Below are positions 25,601 to 37,811 of a stretch of 64,000 bases of DNA, in pieces. Source of the DNA: Yuukianura sp. NJ FZ-2021 (lineage: Eukaryota). The DNA lies in contig CM102285.1 of assembly GCA_046563655.1 (NCBI GenBank), positions 11,532,001 to 11,596,000 on the forward strand. Direction: 5' to 3'. The position numbers were made by a program, and so were the translations under genes. The first letter of the stretch is position 1. Each line of letters opens with the position of its first letter. The notes beneath the pieces were generated by a model. The model saw nothing but the letters and a program-made list of their open reading frames with translations, was not told the DNA's origin and searched no databases.

Positions 25601-28600
25601 GGAAGTCAGTGTACTTGAGGACAGTGGTACGCGGGGGGTCAGTTCTGAGGCTACTGGGAGTCTGGGCTGACCTTGGCTATAGCAAGGGAGGCTACCCGGC
25701 ATTTCCTGGACAAAAAAGCGGAGGGCTTGGTGGAGGGAGCGTGGGGGTCATCGGAGGTCGCCTGATGTCAAGAGGCATGTCACATAACAATGTTCAAGTC
25801 CATCAGCAGTTCCAGTATGTCCAATGCCTTGGGCAAGACAATGAGGTAAAAGGTCAACGCCCTTAAAAATTGCAACTTCAACTTTGGCAAGTTGTTGAGA
25901 GAGGACTTTAGCTTTGAGATGACCAATTCTGGAAACAGTTTCACAAAGTTTCTGAAGTTGGAATCAAGGACAAATCTGTACCAAAAAGGAATTGCGAAAT
26001 AGACGGCCTTGGCTTCTCAGCGTCACTCCAATTCTCATTTCCTGCAATTTTCTCCAATTGTAAATTTAGCACAGACCCAGATGGCCTGCTGGATTTTTGA
26101 CCTTGCTTTTTACAACCTTCCCGGAAGAAGTTTGTGTGCAAATTTTACCAAAAATTTGATTTTAATAGGTTTTGTGAAATTTAAAGTTTAAAAGAGTTCA
26201 AAAGTGATTTTGAGAGTATGACAACTTTTAAAATCTCAACAACTTTGGAGGAAATGAGCAAAAACAGTTAACCGGTGACAATCTGCACGCTTTTTTTCTC
26301 ATACAAAGAAAAATGAAACAAATTTTCATGCAAACAATTTGTTTTTGTCCAAAACCGGCAGAAAGGCCAAAATTAATTTGAGGTTTCCGAACATGACAAT
26401 CTCAAATTACAGCTCAGTCTGGGCTAAAAAGTCATCTTTTACGAAAATTTCAAGAATTTCCTTCGAAATTCCTGTAATCATCTTTTGTGAGAAAGAAAAT
26501 TTTTGAACATGCCAAGTTTCTAAATGAAACAAAACAATGGAAGGAAAAGAAAAGATCAACAGGCCAAAGAACCGTTTGTTTTGACTTTGACACATGAAAC
26601 TGACAATGCCATCATCAACATTTCTTACTTTCTAAAATACCACCAGTGTATTTGCAAAGGCAGAAAATTCCGTTTCAAGGCCAACAAAGATCACCCCAGA
26701 AGATCTTAACTTAACAGGAGAATGCGAGTAAAAAATTGAAAACTAAAAAGCTATGGGAAAATGTGTTAGTCTTGTGCATAATTTACAATCTACTTTGCAA
26801 TTACCTTCACCTGATCACTAGACCATAACGATGGACTTGAACCGTATTACTAAAGATGCCTTTGTTGATTACGGAGTTGTCGGAATTTGCAAATCCTCCT
26901 GCTGTGAAAAGCAACAAAACAGCTTCTTATAATTTTTTTTTCAAAATTATGCGTTTAATTGTTCTCTCAAGCAGTTGTAGATCTCTCTTGATTTAATGCT
27001 TGTTTTTGAAATTGTTATTGTTCAAATTTTGAAATGTAACCGTCCCAGAAGACACAGTTCATGATTTTATAAAAGAAAGAGAAATGATGATGATGATGCA
27101 GTGAGTGGATTTTAAAGTAAAAGTTTTGAAGGCAAAAGGAACCACAATGACGCAGTAGGTAATTTAGCCTTCCTTTATGATCTTTTGTACTTTTCAACAA
27201 TTATATGGCCGAAGAAGGTAAAATTTTGAAAAGTCATTGTTACGAAAGTTACGACACGGAGGAGCAGTAGCCATGAGTCTGTAGTCCTAGTCACTGATTT
27301 GCCAGCAGGTATTTGCAAAAGTATTTTGGACTTCTTTAATTACTAATCATCTTAGCCTCTGAGGCAAATCCAAAATCATAGAGTCACATCGATACTTTTT
27401 TTGCGAAAAAATTCTAGCATTTATCTTCCAAAGTTGTAATTACAATGGCTACCACCATGTCATTATAAATCTGCAAGGCCAAGTACCACGATAGGACGCT
27501 TTTATTCACAAGTTTTCAAATTTTGTTTTAAATTGGACAAAAATTAAAGTTTGGTTTCTGAACAAATACTAAAGAATCAGACAAAAATTTGCAATGAGGC
27601 GTCAAAAGTAGTGCGTTTTGTGTAATTAATAATATTTTTCTCCATATCGGAATTGCTGAAAAGTTAAAACTAACTTTCATTTTTCACACAAAGTTCGCTG
27701 TGAAGTAAATTTCCAACACTTACCTGTTTTACACGATTGAACTTTAATAACAACGTTGGTTTCCCAAAAGTAGCTGCGAATGCCAAAAAATTTACTGCAC
27801 AAAGGTTTTCAAGCAAATGTCCCACAAAACTTTCTCCGGTTAATGTTATCCTGTAGTAAGCACTTTCTCACGTGAGGCCTACTTTCTAAAATAGCCATTA
27901 AGGCTGGGACAAATTGCTAAAACCTCACAGTGAAGCAGTTAACTTTTAATCTGCAAGTTAAATATGCGAATAATAAAACTACAGCTCATATTGCGCTATA
28001 AAAAGAGAGCAGAAGCAGAAGCATTCATGTTCAAAATTTCTTCGATTTTTGAAATCTTTGATCTAAATGCTAAATTTTGAAAGTTTTTTACGCTCTAGAG
28101 ATTACATTTTCATAATTTGACGCCTCTGTAGTCAAACGTTAGCTAAGCTTCCGAATTCAGTACCAAATTGAATTTTTTTTGTGATCTACAGGTCTTGTTT
28201 GTGCCTTTCACTGCTTCGGGCACTTTCTATCCCGTGGCACCCCGTGGAGGTCGAAATCCTCAACATGTCTATCCATTGGCAGTCATTGCGAGGTCACACC
28301 GATTACCCATTAGAGTCAAGATGGTTGCTGGGAAAGTGCCTGAAAATATTCCAGAATTTACAGGTAAACCATCGGCTCTTGCTACAATTATGTTTTGAAG
28401 TGGTTAGAATTTAGAATTTATCAAATTTTTGCTTTCTCTGGAACAGGTACGCTGGAAATTGCAGAAACTGATACGCTAGATGTAATTTTAGCGTGCACTC
28501 TTCTGAAAGAAAAGCCAAGTCTGTTTGAATTGGATCTTGACTGTGATTTCCTTCTGTCACAAATGACAAGTGAAGATTTGTTTATCAAATCTACAAGTTA

Positions 28601-29369
28601 TCAAGCTGCACTTAACCATTGTCGTACTGAAGGAGAAAGTTGGAGACGCCAAGTCCGGACTTGTTCAAAACGCAAAGGAACGCTGACAGGGACGGTCGCC
28701 TTGAAAAGTAAATTAAACCGAACGCTCCGAATTCGCTCATCTTCGCCCCCTCCACCATCCAAGCTTTCTCTTCTGTTCAGACCAAATAGTACAAGTGCCT
28801 TTGGAAACACAAAAGATCCACTGATCAAAAGGTCAAAGTCCTTCAATGTCGAAATACAAAGCGTCTCTATTAGTCTCAATCAAGATGAAGAAGATGTATG
28901 TCACCAAAGTCACCAACAGCAAGTTCTTCCAGATGAATCCAACAAACGCCTATCGACGCTCTTCAACTTCATTTCTGGAAATAAACCAGTGAAAAAGGAT
29001 CCAAAGGAAATGCCATGTCAGAGGTCACGTCAGAATCCATATCTAACCAAACCGTTGTCGCCCGACGTTCTACCTCCAAATAGCAGAAGAAGCGACATTC
29101 CTTACGGAAGAGTCATAGACGAAGTAGAGGATGACCAGAACATTTATGCAGAAATCAACGACGACTTTAACGGACTTCGGCTCAGCATCAACCCTTTGCA
29201 TAACAGGATGAACTTTCACCTCCCGAATCCCCAAAATGCGTCGAATTTGTCAAGTCTCATTAAAGGCGGCGGAGGAAGCGATGGAGCTTTTTCTGGAACG
29301 CTTTCTGGTACATTTTCATCGTCGAATCCATCCAGCAGGGAAGAAGATATTTACGACAACGTATTCTGA
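16640..29369 (+). CDS. CABIT-domain signalling adaptor (Serrano/GAREM/Themis-like), 617 aa. Exons 16640-17003, 24584-24724, 25592-25845, 28192-28363, 28447-29369
   Basis: The five GT-AG exons sum to 1854 nt in one frame. Motifs WSEETYSTREFVKTYPLPRVVRI, QPLLLY, SLVIPDTFPGWFSLL, VQCL...VLFVPFTASGTFY and HRLPIRVKMVAG are typical of CABIT proteins, followed by a low-complexity Tyr-motif tail. Confidence 0.8.
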
Positions 29370-29765
29370 AAAGAATTAACATTGCAACTGTCATAAACCA
29401 ATTGTAGCGTCACAAAAACAAGATGGATGCTTACTTTTTAGTCGATGAGGGGTGATATGTCACAAGGAAAAATTGTGTGCTGAATTCCAAGTGTCGTCGC
29501 AGTGCATTTTGTACAAACGAAAACGTTTCGAAGTAAAACAAGCGGTTTGAAGTCAATGAATGAATAGTAGTTAAAGTTTATAAGATAAATATTGGATTTA
29601 AAAAATAAACAAAAGTTATTACGCAAAGACAAGAGCTTTAGTTGAATGACAACATTCATTTACTCGACACCTCTTTGTTCATGAATTTGAAACTGTATAA
29701 AAGTTCTTAAAGTTAAAACAAATCAGCATGTTCAAAGAGGTTGGAGCGACAGGATGGATTCCAGT

Positions 29766-30532
29766 TTAGGAGTCAGCGACGGTCACCTCAGCTTCCACTC
29801 CGGGTTCCAAGCTTACTGAAGTCTGTAAACCGCAAACGAAATTAATGAGAATCGAATCCAACTTTTCGAAAGCCAGGTAGCATTGTACATTGTATGGCCA
29901 AGATGGAAATCAAGAATGAAGCCAAAGGAAAAGGAAATACTTACGATGTCTTTCACAACTTCAGAAGGGCTGTGAAGATCAATGACTCTCTTGTGAATCC
30001 GCATTTGGAAGCGATCCCAGGTCTTGGAACCTTCACCACAGGGTGTTTTTCGGGTGGTGATTCGGAGAACCTTCGTCGGCAATCGGACAGGCCCCTTGAC
30101 TTTCAAGTTCTTCTCTTTGGCTCCCTTCACCAAATCGAAGCACACTAAATAAATTCCATGTTAAGTCTTAAATTAAACTCAATACCAAAACTGAAACGTA
30201 ATGCTCTAGAATTAAAACAACTCACCTTTCTCAAGAGACTTGACGTTCTTGGAGGTCAAGGTAATCCGAATCCGATGGATGACAGATTCCTCTGCAACGG
30301 GCTTAGTAGAATCCTTTTGGAATGATGCCTACAATTAAAAACGAACTTTAATAATTATAACTTTCTGCAGCAGGAATCCTGCTTCATGAGCCTTCATTGT
30401 TCTCAATAGCGTAAGCAAAAAAAAAGTTAGAAAATACGAAGGGCCTCGGCCTCACCTTAAGGATCCTCACGAATCGGGATAAGGCCAACATCCATTACTT
30501 AGTCTGAATACTTTAGAATCGATACTTACCAT
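29766..30532 (-). CDS. RpS20: 40S ribosomal protein S20 (uS10), 120 aa. Exons 30532-30530 (ATG only), 30328-30226, 30144-29945, 29822-29766
   Basis: Spliced translation contains [20 protein letters not shown]...[49 protein letters not shown]...[13 protein letters not shown]. The exon lengths sum to 363 nt. Confidence 0.98.
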
Positions 30533-31269
30533 TTTTCCGGTCGAGATAATCGTTTGATCAGCGCTGAACCGGTAAGACGAAGGTCAATTACTGTAACTTC
30601 TGTGAACTTTAAATTCTGACTGACTGGATGAGGGAACCTTCCTTGCGCCGTATCATACCTCGTGCTGCTTGCCGTATGACTTCACTCGTAGCATTTGTTG
30701 AAGTAGAGCCCAGAAACCAGCATGTAACCGTACCTTTAAGTATAATTCTTAAATGATAATCAGCTACTTAACACAACCATAACCAACGTAAATTCAAAGT
30801 AAATAATTATTAAAAAATTGTATATGTAGAGTACATAATGAATTTAATACGTTTTCGGTCGAGACTGATCATGCTGTGGTCACAATTCACAATTTAAGGC
30901 ACTCGTCAACCACACAAAAACTCAAACTTCTTCGCGTGTTATTTCAATACAAAATTTCGCGCACTGAGTAGTGCAATTTCTACTTATGTTGTTGAGATGG
31001 CGCGCATTGTGGCAGACTGAAATGCAAACTTGTTGTAAATTCATATCAATATCACCATTAAGTATAAATTATAACTTAACCGGTTTATGTAATATTAATA
31101 CAAAACGGTTAAGTATTAAATAAACGAAGTTTGGTAAGAAAAAAACTTCTATGCTCTTAATATTTATTCTATCGCTTTTTTTCACAGTTTCAACAGAAAT
31201 AAGAAAAGCGGAAGTGAAAGTTAAGTGAAAGTTTGGTAAAGTGTGTTAATTTTTGTTGTTAATAGAATT

Positions 31270-31918
31270 TTATGCTGTGGAGCACAGTCTCCAGAGTTGT
31301 TCCGTTTGATACGAATTGCATGCGTTGAGTGTAATGTCATTTCCCGTTCTTCCAGAAAATCCCTTTGGAATCATGCAGAGAGATGACGATCCTTGCTGAA
31401 TTAAAAATTTATCATCTTGTCCACGAACAGTTTTAATTTTCCACATTTGATCCAGTGATCTTAGATTGCATTCGGTTGTTTCCAGAAATCCATCACTGTT
31501 TAGAGACAAGCAGTAGTTCATGCCTAGGCCAGCGTCATTGTAAATTGTAAGTCCATCGGTCAAGGCGTTGTTCTTCTTGAAGTAGAATTTCGTGTCTTTG
31601 GTAATCGGTTTAACGCTAAAATTTTAAACAACGTTTTCAATTTTGTATAATTTGTTATTCTCTACATTGTTACCTCCACAAACATTGATCCAAAGTAAGT
31701 TTGCTCGCGTAGTGCCCAAAGTTTCCGATTTTCAAGCATTTGGATGCAGAAAAGTTTTCAATGTACACCGCTGGAGCAGGATTGGAAGTGACAGAGGTCA
31801 CATTCTTCGTAGTCAAAAATCGACACTTTCGTTGTGCTTGACCTTGGACATGCAAGGTCAACTGGCACAAAGCGCTTAAGGCGATTACTGCTCCCGAAAA
31901 GTTTGTTGAAATCTTCAT
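31270..31918 (-). CDS. Secreted single-domain ricin-B (R-type, beta-trefoil) lectin-like protein, 196 aa. Exons 31918-31674 and 31615-31270
   Basis: Signal-peptide-like N-terminus (MKISTNFSGAVIALSALCQLTLHVQG), then three C...C subdomains with QxW motifs (SKCL..LDQC, YCLS..TECNLRSLDQMW, LCM..NACNSYQTEQLW). The 58-bp GT-AG intron joins the exons in frame. Confidence 0.8.
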
Positions 31919-32727
31919 CGTAGAGAGGATTCGAACTTGAATTGACGACAATTTGAGCGCTTTTTGGTTTGTTGAATTCAAGTAAATAAAAATTAGCTCA
32001 AGTAATTTTAGTAAGTGTTGCTTCCTGTGTGGTTTGACAAAGCCTGCACCGCAACAAATGCAAGACAAACACTAATATTATATTTTCTGAAGTGACTAAT
32101 TGTGATAAATATTCAAGTTTACTCCTAAGTACTACATTAGAAGGTTATAGCCTCAGGGAGACGTAAATTGCGTCAACAAAACACGTAATGTCCTTAATGA
32201 GTTTATGTATCTTCGACTCCATAAGCGTTTTCACGTCAAACCAAGCGCTCAAGCCACGAAAATCCAACCAAACAAACATGAAATACGTCACCTTTTCTGA
32301 AAATTGGAAAACATTCTCAATTTCAATGTCGTCACAAAATGCTTCCTATGGCTAAAATTCCTTTACAACTCATACGCATTGTAACATGTTGCCATGGAGA
32401 CTCATGTTATGTTCAAGAAAGTTTGTTTGGCTTTCATGAATCGTTTCGATTTTGTTTTTGGAGTTTCGAATAAATTCAACTTTGTTTAGTTTTATTTTAA
32501 CACTTGGACGAGTGAAAGGTGTCACTCTTCCCAATTTCCTGAAATTTTGAATACTCCACTTGGACTTCCGGCGTCGTCCTTCATCTTCAATTTACAAAGC
32601 GGTAAGTCAGTGTTGGATACTTTTCAATGCGATATTCAGAAAGTAAAATGTTACAATTTTGCAGAGTAGCAGCTCAATCTTGACCGTGACCTGACCTTTG
32701 GACTTCGGGTAATTTCGACTACTGATA

Positions 32728-33043
32728 ATGGGAAAGTTAATCAACTCCATCATCTGGTTATTCGTGCTGTGCTTCACGTACCCCATTGCGCTCTTCTGCT
32801 CAGCTTGGTACATGGTTCTCCATCCATTGTCTGGAGCCGAATGCTGTTCATCGTTGGAGGTACAAGTTTTAGTTTTGTAAAGAAAATCGCAAAAAATCTA
32901 AGAATTTTTGGAAATTTTCAATCTTGAATTTATTATTGCAGGGGGTCTGTGACTGTTTGCTCAAGGTGATGCAGTACCCCCGGGAATGCTACGAAGGATT
33001 CTGTAAAGGAACGTCCTTCCACTGCTTCAATGGCTGCGACTAA
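32728..33043 (+). CDS. 77-aa Cys-rich small membrane protein of unknown function. Exons 32728-32859 and 32942-33043, with an upstream non-coding exon ending at ~32601
   Basis: MGKLINSIIWLFVLCFTYPIALFCSAWYMVLHPLSGAECCSSLE|GVCDCLLKVMQYPRECYEGFCKGTSFHCFNGCD*, with a clean phase-0 GT-AG intron and AATAAA at ~33251. From memory it resembles a conserved ~70-aa invertebrate family (W-x-x-x-L...FCxxWY...LLKxxQxP). Confidence 0.8.
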
Positions 33044-33565
33044 ACTTTCTCTCTCAAAATCAAAAGCCAATTACTACATCACTCAAAAAGTCAAAAAAAT
33101 GAAGAAAGTCCAAGGCGAAATCGATCTCAAAACAAGAAAATTTTCAAAAGTATGGTCAATTTTGTAAAGCATTTCCCACTAGTCACACATGAAGTGAAGG
33201 GACTCATTTCGTTACGTAAAATTTCTATGTCACTTTAAAATTTAAATATTAATAAAACACTGTATGTCAGTCCGTAAACGAAAGTTACGTGAAATGATTG
33301 ATATGTAGAATCCGGTAAATCCACTGTAAATCAGCGGTCAACTCTGGCCTGCAGCAACTGACTCGTTCGTTTGATTAGTTGAAGTTTATTTAGTGGATAA
33401 TTGAAGTTTATAAGAAATGAAAATTGGCTGAATGACTTAAAAGTTAAATTATGAGAATTGAAATTGGCAGAGACTTAATCTCAAGATCCTACTCCTATGA
33501 AGTACGGAATTGAACTTATGCTTATTCTTATGCTTATGCATCACAATACAAAAGAAAAAACCCAG

Positions 33566-34545
33566 GAAGCCTACTTATAAACATAGGCTAGCCTAAGTTT
33601 GGCATAGCCTAAGTTTACCCGAATCACTTACCGCACTCAGATTTCCTTACTTATAAAACACTTTCCCTCATTGTGGTAGATTTGAGGAACTTTTCTCCGA
33701 GTTAGGTGAGGTGGAGGGGTTGGAGGGGAGTACGCAGACTCCGCAGCTCCAAAACATTTCAGTTTCAAAACAAAACAGAGATCAGCTGCTTCATCATGTT
33801 TATGACAATAGCCACTAACAATGATTACTATACCCACTAATCACTCAACAATGGTCATATCGATAACTATTGTGCTTAACTGATCATGACATGCTCCTAA
33901 CCAAATAGAGCTCCCTTCAGATAACCTACATAGCCCCATATGACAATGTAATGAAGATGACAACTAACGACAACGATTAGTGACCTTTGACAATCTGCTG
34001 GATGACAATCTAATTGAATGGTGACTTCACATTCGCAAATTGACGTTTATTGACCAAATTAACGGGTTCCTTACGGGAACCCAATTGTTATTACCTAGTA
34101 CAAATGGAAGTGTGCTCCTCATGAACGTAGTGATGATAATGATGACCTCACAAGCCAGTTTAACTTCACAAACTACTAACATCACCTTATTTAACCATAA
34201 AGTACATTAAATTAGTTAAATTTACTATTAGTTTAATTGTTAACTGTTTTTGAAGTGCTAGAAGATTGACTGCGGTAACTTTAGAGCACCCCTCGAGAAT
34301 CCGTAGATTTGTCACATACGTCACTCTACTCTCGAGGGGCGGAGCTCTTTATAGGTAGCGATTTGGCTACCATGAGAAAGTTCTCAATGGGGAAACAAGA
34401 GCAAGAGAAAGGGGTGAGGTAGGAGTTGCAGCACTCTCTACCACACTCCTTACTCTTGTTTTATAAGTAAGAAATGCCGTAAATTTTTGAATTTTTTTGG
34501 CGGGCAGCTCTACCGCGGTCGGCTAAAGTTTTATAAGTGGGCTTC
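33566..34545. mobile_element. Non-autonomous TIR DNA transposon (~980 bp), possible 3-bp CAG target-site duplication
   Basis: Terminal IR gaagcctacttataaa / tttataagtgggcttc and subterminal IR atttccttacttataaaaca (33641) / tgttttataagtaagaaat (~34457). CAG lies at 33563-65 and 34546-48. Confidence 0.65.
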
Positions 34546-34835
34546 CAGAAATGCTAAATTTAAAACCAACGCTATAAGTTAGCCTCAAGCGCTAACCGAC
34601 AAATCTTTCGTTTTGTGATGCTAATTTTAAACTTGGCGCTTTTGCCCCAATTCACCCCAACATTACGACATCATCGTTTGGTTTGGTAGCTCATTTGGAA
34701 ATTCTAGTAGTTCTTCACGAATTTAAAATGCTCAGACTTTTTCTTTATTGTTAAAAAAGTTGTCCAATATGCATTTTTAAAGACTTTCTACAAACTTACT
34801 TTGTACCTTTCCACAAGCGCCGGTATTAGTTATTT

Positions 34836-36927
34836 TCAATTTCGGGTAACAAAATATGTTTTACTTTTTGATCTGAATTGATTCTGTATTTCTTCAAATG
34901 TTTTCCCTTTCGTCTCTGGTACAAATACTACTGCAAAAATTACTCCGATGAGACAGAATCCAGAAAACATCCAGAAACAACCGAATTCTCCCAAAAGTTC
35001 AACAAAAGTGTCAAACGTTTTCGCCATAAGAAATGCCAGTGTCCAGTTGAAGGTTAAAGACAAGCCCGAAGCCGAACCTGAAATTCGGAGGAAAAATTCC
35101 GGTTTGAGAAATAAACAAAACCCAATGACAAAAGTTTTGAATTCAATTTTCTTTGCGAAAGTTAACCTACCTACTACTTTCCTTGGTAAAAGTTCAGCCA
35201 TCAAGATCCAAGGGACGCTAAAGCCAAAGCGTTATAATCGATTTCAAAACGACTTCAAATTTATTTCTACGAATTTTGAATTTCTTACGGTCCAAGACCA
35301 ATGGCAAAGGCAATATTAAAAACCACCAACGCCGAAATGGGAAGGGCACTTAAGTGACTTGTGTCTAATTCCAAATATTCCATGTAGAAGAAAGCACCAA
35401 GTGTGGCGAGGGATACGGAGCATACTACACATGATGCAATGAGCAGACACTTTCTTCCTGCTTTCTCCACGAGGAACATGAAAATAAAAGCACATGCCAA
35501 ATTGACCACTCCGATAATAACTGTACAAAGGTCAGCGTCAAGGCCAGTCTTCGCTGCTTCCAGTATTCTTGAAGCGAAAAACAGAACGCATGTGATTCCA
35601 GACAATTGCTGAATGGCCATAATTGTCTAGTGTGAAAAAAAAATTGAATTCATTGCCACTCCTCCTCCAAGGCTCCCAAAAAGTTAAAAAAAATTAGAAT
35701 TTACCAAAATTATCAAAACAGGTTTTAGAACTTCTGCCCTAAAAAAGTCCCTCAGTTTCACTCGTTCTGAGGCCATGTCTTCTTGATTTGCTTGAATCTA
35801 TAAAAATCAGGTTAATTATTGCACACGAAACTCTAAACTAAATGAGTGATTTTTTTTAATAATTTGAATTAATCAGAATTTAATTCCTCACATTTAAAAG
35901 TTCGTCTTGAATATGTAGGGGATTATTGGTTCCACGCAACCACATGAGCGACTCTCTTGCTTTCACTTTGTTTCCCTTCGAAATCAAGTAGGCTGGACTC
36001 TCGGGAATGAAAAATATGAGAATCATGAAAATGGCGGGAAAGGAGGCTGAAATCAGCGTCAACGTAGTCCATGACACAATGGAACCCGTGGCATACCTGG
36101 AAGCAGGTAAAAAGTGAAAGTGTTCTGATCATAAGTGAAAACTAGAAAAGGACAAAAAACTAAACATGACCTTACACGAAAAGTATTCCGAGTGAACAAA
36201 GAATTGCAAACGGCGCTGTAGCTATACCACGAATACTTTCTTCGGCAATTTCACTAACGTAAATGGGAACTAAGATCAACTGAGCTCCATTGCAAAGACC
36301 TAAATATTCGAAATCTTCTGATTTGAAAAAGAGAATTAAAATGACGAGAATGTTTTAAATGTGTATTTGCTTTTACCGAGTATGAAACGACCAGCGTAGA
36401 TCATTTGAATGTTTGAAGCAAAAGCAATGAGCAGCCAGCCTATGATTGTTGGGAGGCATAAACTGAGCATTGACCTTTGACCTCCAAATTGTTTCAACAA
36501 AAATCCAGCCAGTGATCCGCTGAAGATAGCACCAACCTAATAAACGACGCAACAAGTTTCAAATTTTTGTCTTAATTTTGAAATTAACAATTGTTTTTTT
36601 TTTAATTTTGAAATCTAACTGGAAAAAGTGACGCTATCCATGAAAGTTCCTCTGCTGTGACTCCTTCAAAATTTTCATCCGTTTTGATTTTTCCAAGACA
36701 CGGAGAACTCCATGCAAATAGTATTCCTAACGTAAACGTTCCAGTAGCAGCTACATAAAATTTTGAAGAAAATTTTCTTTTTAGGCTTTCATTCAATTTT
36801 AGATTTTGTTTACAAAAACTTTCTTCAAACCTGCAGTAGCAGATAGGAATTGGAAAAGTTTTTTGGAAACAAACTTTTCCTGGAGAACTTCGCTCTCCAT
36901 TTCCATAAAAGCTTCACCCATTGCCAT
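34836..36927 (-). CDS. Tret1: Facilitated trehalose transporter Tret1-like MFS sugar porter, copy A (multi-exon)
   Basis: Sugar-porter motifs WSSP, PIYVSEI, PESP, QQLSG, VEKAGRK, GLGPVPW, PETKGK across short GT-AG introns. The start codon is inferred. Confidence 0.9.
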
Positions 36928-37811
36928 TGTGTAGCAACTTTTCCGGGTCACTGGGAACTTGTAAAGTTGCAACTTGCAAGTGTTTAAAATGTAAATGATA
37001 TACCGTTTCTATTCCAGAATTCCAGTGGCGACTGACCGTGATCTTGCCCAAGATGGTTTTAATAAAGGTGTAACATGAGCATTATATCTTGTCCAGCACG
37101 GCATCTTTTTCTTTCACTGCTCGTGATTTACAAACAAGTTTTTACACTGTAAATGGCGTATTTTACATTCGTATTACTACAAATACAAAACACGCTAATA
37201 CGCAGAACAATCACAAAAACTTTTTAAGATGATTCGCTTGTCAAATTTTTTGTGCACTTAAAAGGTGTGACTTAGCTAAAATAACACCTTGACCTTGCTT
37301 TGTACAATGGAACTCGGCGTGGGTCAAAGTTTTTTTGTAGTAATTACGCCAATTTAAAACCCTCGCGTGCGGCCATTTACAATGCTAAGCCTATCCAACT
37401 CAGATTTAGGTTTAGCTAATCACACTTAAAATTAACGGAGTAACTACTTTTTCCAGTACTTTTGGAAGCTATGAAGTATTTTAATTGTTCGTGAAAAATA
37501 TTTTACAATTTTAGACTATAAGAAGGAGATTTGTTTCAAAATTACTTTACAATTTCAGACTCAATAGGAAATTCACTTGAAAATATTTAGAAACAATAAA
37601 TTAAATTTTAATACAAACTGAAATTTTCTTGATCTTGTTCAAAAACTTTCTCTGTAAATCTTAACTATGGAGCTTGATTCAAGCACCCTTGTAACAAAAA
37701 GTGATGGTTTAAGTTGTGACTTTGTACAATTTTCATCAAATATTTGTAATTCGACAAAATACTTTGGAGATTTTCGTAGTAGGAATGACGTGATGATTTT
37801 TGTTCGTTTTT

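Noticed and set aside
29823..30529. snoRNAs in RpS20 introns
   Set aside because: Small hairpins are present, but no complete C/D or H/ACA box arrangement.
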